Shown piece after piece: positions 23,982 to 28,515 of a stretch of 28,515 nucleotides of DNA. The position numbers and the translations under genes are program-made. This DNA is from an uncultured Dysgonomonadaceae bacterium (lineage in GTDB: Bacteria; Bacteroidota; Bacteroidia; Bacteroidales; Dysgonomonadaceae). Positions within the stretch are counted from its first letter, which is position 1; each line of letters starts with the position of its first letter. The DNA lies in assembly GCA_964437875.1 (NCBI GenBank), contig CAYTJC010000001.1:1-28515 (forward strand), read 5' to 3'. The notes below the pieces were generated by a model. That model searched no databases. It was not told the origin of the DNA and worked only from the letters and a program-made list of their open reading frames with translations.

Positions 23982-25415
23982 ATGGAAGAACAAGAACCTT
24001 ATTATACTAGTCCTCCACCAACTCCTAAAGTAAGTTTTGTTTCACGACATACAACATTTCTTAAAGTATTAGTGGTAGGAGTGCTCACTCTATTACTATT
24101 GATTCCATTGAGTATGATAAGTAGACTTATCTATGAAAGATTGGAAACAAAAAGAAGTGCCGAACTGGAGATAACCTCCAAGTGGAGTGGCGAGCAGATA
24201 ATAACAGGTCCAATTATAGTAATTCCTTACGTCCAGGAAATAAAGCTGAAGGACAAAAGCGAGTTAGTAAGAAAAAGCTTGCTCCTTCTTCCCACTGAAA
24301 TGAATGTACTGGCCAATTCTAAAGTAGAAAAGCGCAAACGTGGTATCTATGATGTATCTCTTTATCGATCGGATATAGAGCTTACAGGCACATTGAGTCT
24401 TGAAGACCTTATAAAAACAGGAATAAAACCCGAGCAGATGTACCTAGATGAAGCACGGGTGATAATGGGAGTATCCGATCTAAAAGGTATTCGTGAAAGT
24501 GTGATAATGCAGCTAAAGAATGAAGAATACAATTTTGAACCTGGCATACCAGTTGAGAACTTACACACAGATGCTAATCAAGACTTCGATAAACACTACT
24601 ACGAGAGAAACAAACAAACCACTTCACCTAATGTTACAACAGGTCTTTTCAGTGCAGGTTTGAACGTAAAGCTAGATTCATTAGCAATGGATGGATTGGC
24701 ACAAGGGGCTGTTCCTTTTATTATCAATCTGCACCTCAATGGCTCGCAAGGACTTTTCATTGTTCCCATTGGGAAGACAACAACAGCATCTGTACAATCA
24801 GATTGGGCAACGCCCAGCTTTGGTGGCGACTTTTTGCCCGAAAGTCATAATGTCACCAACAGTGGATTTAATGCTCAATGGAAAGTGATAGATCTGAATC
24901 GTAGTTTTGGTCAAACTGTAGATGCTGATAATGCTACCGCTATCAACCAAATGGCAACTTCTGCTTTTGGAGTTAAGTTTATTCAATCTGTAGATCAATA
25001 TCAACAAAACAAGCGAAGCGTTAAATATGCCATCCTTATTATATTACTCACATTTGTTGTGGTATTCTTTATAGAGGTATTGAAAAAGAAATCTGTTAAT
25101 CCTTTTCAATACTTGTTGGTAGGCTTAGCGCTAGTGTTGTTTTACTCGCTATTGCTTTCCCTATCCGAAATATGGGGTTTTAATCTTGCTTATATTGTAG
25201 CCGCAGTGATGACTACAACACTTATTGTATTACACATGTCGAGTATTTTGAAAAATAAGAGGCTAGGTATATTTATTGGAGCACTTCTCACCTTTCTTTA
25301 TCTATTCGTATTTATACTCATACAGATGGAGAGCTATGCATTACTTGTGGGGAGTATTGGATTGTTCTGCATACTTGCAGTTATAATGTACTTTTCGAAG
25401 AAGCTGGAGTTATAA
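23982..25415 (+). CDS. creD: Cell envelope integrity inner membrane protein CreD
   Basis: LLLIPLSMI..LIYER, ITSKWSGEQ.ITGPII, KRGIYDV.LY, SDWATPSFGGDFLP, GFNAQW, RSVKYAIL, QYLLVGLAL.LFY.LLLSLSE, YALLVGSIGLF. Confidence 0.93.
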   Translation: MEEQEPYYTSPPPTPKVSFVSRHTTFLKVLVVGVLTLLLLIPLSMISRLIYERLETKRSAELEITSKWSGEQIITGPIIVIPYVQEIKLKDKSELVRKSLLLLPTEMNVLANSKVEKRKRGIYDVSLYRSDIELTGTLSLEDLIKTGIKPEQMYLDEARVIMGVSDLKGIRESVIMQLKNEEYNFEPGIPVENLHTDANQDFDKHYYERNKQTTSPNVTTGLFSAGLNVKLDSLAMDGLAQGAVPFIINLHLNGSQGLFIVPIGKTTTASVQSDWATPSFGGDFLPESHNVTNSGFNAQWKVIDLNRSFGQTVDADNATAINQMATSAFGVKFIQSVDQYQQNKRSVKYAILIILLTFVVVFFIEVLKKKSVNPFQYLLVGLALVLFYSLLLSLSEIWGFNLAYIVAAVMTTTLIVLHMSSILKNKRLGIFIGALLTFLYLFVFILIQMESYALLVGSIGLFCILAVIMYFSKKLEL

Positions 25416-25456
25416 ACTAGTTAAGAGGGAAAACAATTGAACACAAGTTTTATTGC

Positions 25457-25496
25457 AACAAAAAAGTGGAAACCATATAGCTTCCACTTTTTTGTT
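25457..25496. terminator. Bidirectional terminator between the convergent creD and DUF4296 genes
   Basis: Perfect 15-bp inverted repeat AACAAAAAAGTGGAA / TTCCACTTTTTTGTT with a 10-nt loop. Confidence 0.8.
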
Positions 25497-25561
25497 TTTT
25501 ATAGAGGTACGAAATAATCTACCTAATTATATACGATTTCACACTAAGAAATGAACTGAAA

Positions 25562-26389
25562 CTATTCAGGAACTATTTCAGGTGCTATCAGCAACTCTTT
25601 ATCAGTTGATTCCTCAATTAACTGAGTAGAGTCGTTTTTATCGTTATGACCCAATGATATTTGATACAGTTGAATAGGTACAGGAGGTAGTTTACCACTT
25701 AAGTTTACAAACCCATTCAACGAAACTATAGTATCTTGTTCAATATGTATTGGAATAGAAAATTTATATGCTTTGTTCTCTTCTAGCTTAGACGATTGAT
25801 AGACAGTAGTATCAGAATATTCAACCCGAAGCACAGTTTTTAAAAAGTATGAGTCTAATGGGAAAACACCTAATACTTTAAAGCGAAACTGAAGAGTGTC
25901 TATATCATCAAACTTCTCCATCAACTGTAAGGAGTCTAACGCAAATTTAAATCCTCTATCACATCCTAAACTAGCAATGCAAAAATGAGGGGGGATGTAA
26001 TCAGCTGGTTTGACATCAAATTCATTGTTTTCTTCAGCTAATTGTGCGATAAGTTTCTTCGTGACTTCTTGACTCCGCTGCAAACGGGATTTCACAGAAT
26101 CGTTTATCTGAATATAGATATCTATATTATCTGAATACCAAGCTAAAGAAGTATCCCATCTAGCTTCAGATATTCTGTGTTTCTTAAATATTTGGTCAAT
26201 TAATGCTTCTTTATTTTGATTCTCGGCAAATTTATTATAATCATCTTCAATAATAGCTTCAGCAATATACATATCGTACATCACTTTCTCCATTTTCTTA
26301 CGAGACAATACCTCACTCGGACGGTTTTGACAAGAGTAAACCACCACTGCTAGCATCAATAGAAACAGGTATTTGAATAGATTATCCAT
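25562..26389 (-). CDS. DUF4296 domain lipoprotein
   Basis: Lipobox VVYS-C, RPSEVLSRKKMEKVMYDMYIAEA, IFKKHRISEARWDTSLAWYS. Overlaps the lspA stop by 8 nt, the usual Bacteroidales position. Confidence 0.8.
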   Translation of the reverse strand: MDNLFKYLFLLMLAVVVYSCQNRPSEVLSRKKMEKVMYDMYIAEAIIEDDYNKFAENQNKEALIDQIFKKHRISEARWDTSLAWYSDNIDIYIQINDSVKSRLQRSQEVTKKLIAQLAEENNEFDVKPADYIPPHFCIASLGCDRGFKFALDSLQLMEKFDDIDTLQFRFKVLGVFPLDSYFLKTVLRVEYSDTTVYQSSKLEENKAYKFSIPIHIEQDTIVSLNGFVNLSGKLPPVPIQLYQISLGHNDKNDSTQLIEESTDKELLIAPEIVPE

Positions 26390-27038
26390 TCATTTTGTTT
26401 ATTATTCTTTGCTTATCTTTTTCTGTTTGAAGTGAATCCGACAAAGTTTTTCGATAAAACAAAAGTAGCAGAGCAACTCCTACAGAGATAGAAGCATCGG
26501 CTAAGTTAAATATAAAACGGAAAAAAAGTATTTCGTTCCCCCCAAAAAAGGGCACCCAATTAGGAAGAGTGGTATCAATGAGCGGGAAGTAAAGCATATC
26601 AACAACTTTGCCATGGAGCCAAGAAGAATATCCTTCACCTATAGGCACAAAATGTGCCACATGACCTGGATAACTTGCACTAAAGACCTCGCCATAAATA
26701 ACGCTATCTATGATATTTCCGAATGCTCCGGCCAAAATCATAGATATACATATAATGAACCCAACTTTATAGCCTTTTTTAACGATATTGGCTAAGTAAA
26801 CACCAATAAAAGCAACGGCAACAATTCTAAATATTGAAAGAAACAACTTCCCAATAGCTTCTATCCCAAATGCCATTCCATTGTTTTCAACAAAGTATAT
26901 TTTGAACCACTTTGTTATCTCAATAGAGTCATATAAAGCCATGTTTGTTTTGACCCATATCTTCGAAACTTGATCTATAACTAAAACAAAAACTATAACA
27001 AAAACAGCAATAAGTCCTTTAGGGATCTTCTCTCTCAT
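26382..27038 (-). CDS. lspA: Lipoprotein signal peptidase II (long Bacteroidota form)
   Basis: DQVSKIWVK, ENNGMAFG, AGAFGNIID, catalytic GKVVDM and FNLAD. Start is ATG 27038, or GTG 27050. Confidence 0.95.
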   Translation of the reverse strand: MREKIPKGLIAVFVIVFVLVIDQVSKIWVKTNMALYDSIEITKWFKIYFVENNGMAFGIEAIGKLFLSIFRIVAVAFIGVYLANIVKKGYKVGFIICISMILAGAFGNIIDSVIYGEVFSASYPGHVAHFVPIGEGYSSWLHGKVVDMLYFPLIDTTLPNWVPFFGGNEILFFRFIFNLADASISVGVALLLLFYRKTLSDSLQTEKDKQRIINKMNG

Positions 27039-27064
27039 AGGTTTCAACACTTTATACTAATGGA

Positions 27065-27448
27065 CTATCTTCTTGATTGTCCTTCTTTTGCTTCAATACT
27101 CAATGTTGCATGAGGCACTGCACGCAAGCGTTCTTTTGGGATTAATTTTCCTGTTTCGCGACACACACCATAAGTCTTATTCTCAATACGAATAAGTGCA
27201 GCCTGTAAATTTTGTATAAACTTCATTTGGCGCTGTGCCAACCGACCTGCATCTTCTTTAGAAAGTGTGGATGCACCCTCTTCCATATTCTTAAATGTGG
27301 GTGAAGTATCTTCTGTATCATTTCCATCTGCATTCATCACTGTAGAACGCAAGTTTTCGTATTCTCTCTTTGCAGCTTCTAGTTTTTCATTTATAAGTGC
27401 CTTAAACTCATCAAGCTCTGTCTCCGAATATCTTGTTTTTTCGCTCAT
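27065..27448 (-). CDS. dksA: TraR/DksA family RNA polymerase-binding regulator
   Basis: Coiled coil, AALIRIENKTYGVCRETGKLIPKERLRAVPHATLS. Conserved ileS-dksA-lspA order. Confidence 0.85.
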   Translation of the reverse strand: MSEKTRYSETELDEFKALINEKLEAAKREYENLRSTVMNADGNDTEDTSPTFKNMEEGASTLSKEDAGRLAQRQMKFIQNLQAALIRIENKTYGVCRETGKLIPKERLRAVPHATLSIEAKEGQSRR

Positions 27449-27531
27449 AATCTTATAATTTAATAGTGTAGTTTAACTGTAATTCCTCACATATTTGTAG
27501 TCTATCCAAGTATAGCTTCTTACATTTAGTG

Positions 27532-27539
27532 CAAATTTA
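27532..27539 (-). promoter_or_regulatory. Possible sigma-A -7 box (TAAATTTG) for dksA-lspA
   Basis: Plus-strand CAAATTTA reads TAAATTTG on the minus strand, in the ileS-dksA gap. The AT-rich context raises the chance of a random match. Confidence 0.4.
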
Positions 27540-27572
27540 GCAATAAGAGTGCTATAATTAGCACCTTTAACA

Positions 27573-28515
27573 TTAAATCTTTTTTACATCAATGGTTACT
27601 GTCTCTTCGTTTACCTCAATCTCTGTACTGTGCACATCTTCAGTAATAGTTAATGAGTCAGCCAATACTTGAGATTTTACATAACCAGAAAATTGATTAA
27701 TTGCCATGTCAAGATTTTTATTAGATGAAATTGACACCTCTATTCTATCTGTTATTTCAAAATCTTGAGACTTGCGCAAATTCTGTATTCTATTCACAAA
27801 CTCTCGCGCAATCCCTTCATTCATTAGATCATCAGTGATATCTATATCCAATGCAACAGTCAGTTTGTCTTGATTTGCAACCAGCCAACCCGGAATATCT
27901 TCTGAGATAATTTCGGTGTCAGACAACTCTATTATCACATCCTCCCCATTCACAATTAGATTGAAACTGCCTTCCTTTTCTAGCTCAGCAATATCTGCTT
28001 GAGACATTTCTTGAACAGCAATAGCCAATTGTTTCATTATCTTTCCGTAGCGTGGCCCAAGTTTCTTAAAATCGGGTTTGATACGTTTCACTAACATAGC
28101 ATTTGTTGAATCTACAAAGTGAAGCTCCTTAACGTTCACTTCATTCAATATAAGTGACTGTATTGCTTCAATATTTTGTTTTTGCTCCTCATCAGCAAAA
28201 GGAATCATTATTTGTGATAATGGCTGACGCACTTTTATATTTACCTTCCTGCGCAATGCCAACACAATTGAAGATGCAGTTTGAGCGAGATACATTTGCT
28301 GCTCCAGCGTTTTATCTATCACTTCTTCTTTTACCAAAGGGAAGTCGGCCAAGTGAACCGATTCAAAATCTTCAACACTTGTTACAGAGATTAAATCTAG
28401 ATAGAGTTTATCTGCATAGAATGGAGCAATAGGCGCCATCAGCTTAGACACTGTAAACAAGCATTGGTAAAGAGTTTGATAGGCCGACACTTTATCATCA
28501 GTCAAACCACCACCC
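27573..28515 (-). CDS. ileS: Isoleucyl-tRNA synthetase, C-terminal anticodon-binding part (5'-truncated by window edge), type 2
   Basis: The frame is open to the window edge (GGGLTDDKVSAYQTLY). KLMAPIAPF, SVHLADFP, LRRKVNIKVRQPL, ELNVKE, LGPRYGK, EGIAREFVNRIQNLRK. TTG 28505 is an internal Leu, not a start. Confidence 0.96.
   Translation of the reverse strand, partial: GGGLTDDKVSAYQTLYQCLFTVSKLMAPIAPFYADKLYLDLISVTSVEDFESVHLADFPLVKEEVIDKTLEQQMYLAQTASSIVLALRRKVNIKVRQPLSQIMIPFADEEQKQNIEAIQSLILNEVNVKELHFVDSTNAMLVKRIKPDFKKLGPRYGKIMKQLAIAVQEMSQADIAELEKEGSFNLIVNGEDVIIELSDTEIISEDIPGWLVANQDKLTVALDIDITDDLMNEGIAREFVNRIQNLRKSQDFEITDRIEVSISSNKNLDMAINQFSGYVKSQVLADSLTITEDVHSTEIEVNEETVTIDVKKI

Noticed and set aside
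24038-24053. parS-like TGTTTCACGACATACA (13/16 to TGTTTCACGTGAAACA)
   Set aside because: A single copy inside creD, with mismatches in the conserved GTGAAA half, so the dyad is broken. Probably chance.
432-28432. The many short ORFs overlapping or antisense to long genes (e.g. 1464..1862, 3953..4432, 11162..11734, 16599..17060)
   Set aside because: They are shadow frames of confidently identified genes and show no recognisable protein motifs.
28503-28505. TTG start for a separate 310-aa protein
   Set aside because: The frame stays open upstream (GGT GGT GGT) to the window edge. It is the internal part of ileS.

Overview
A mostly housekeeping, AT-rich chromosomal segment of a Bacteroidota bacterium, most likely Bacteroidales. 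This rests on TAnnTTTG promoter boxes, the prmC-recX-comF-pyrE / ribD-DUF6242-uppS-bamA-skp-skp and ileS-dksA-lspA-DUF4296 gene orders, and a long-form LspA. Gene order: dnaA 3' end, secreted metallophosphoesterase, rnhB, tex, radA, tRNA-Cys(GCA), Pif1-like helicase with HRDC domain, SRPBCC protein, pyrE, comF-like, recX, prmC, ribD, DUF6242-like lipoprotein, uppS, bamA, two skp/ompH genes, kdsA, maf, aspartokinase, creD, DUF4296 lipoprotein, lspA, dksA-like, ileS 3' part. I found no transposase, integrase, phage gene, CRISPR array or cas gene. The unexplained signals are mainly non-coding. (1) An exactly phased 41-bp tandem array (6436-6722) lies downstream of tRNA-Cys; its units are degenerate 38-bp palindromes plus a 3-nt linker. 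(2) The array's 18-bp core recurs 14 kb away inside a solitary 37-bp palindrome in a ~820-bp gene-free gap. (3) A further imperfect 41-bp doublet lies upstream of creD. On the coding side, the aspartokinase is of the ectoine-cluster (Ask_Ect) type but has no ectABC nearby. All calls come from reading the sequence and recalled family motifs; no database search was run.
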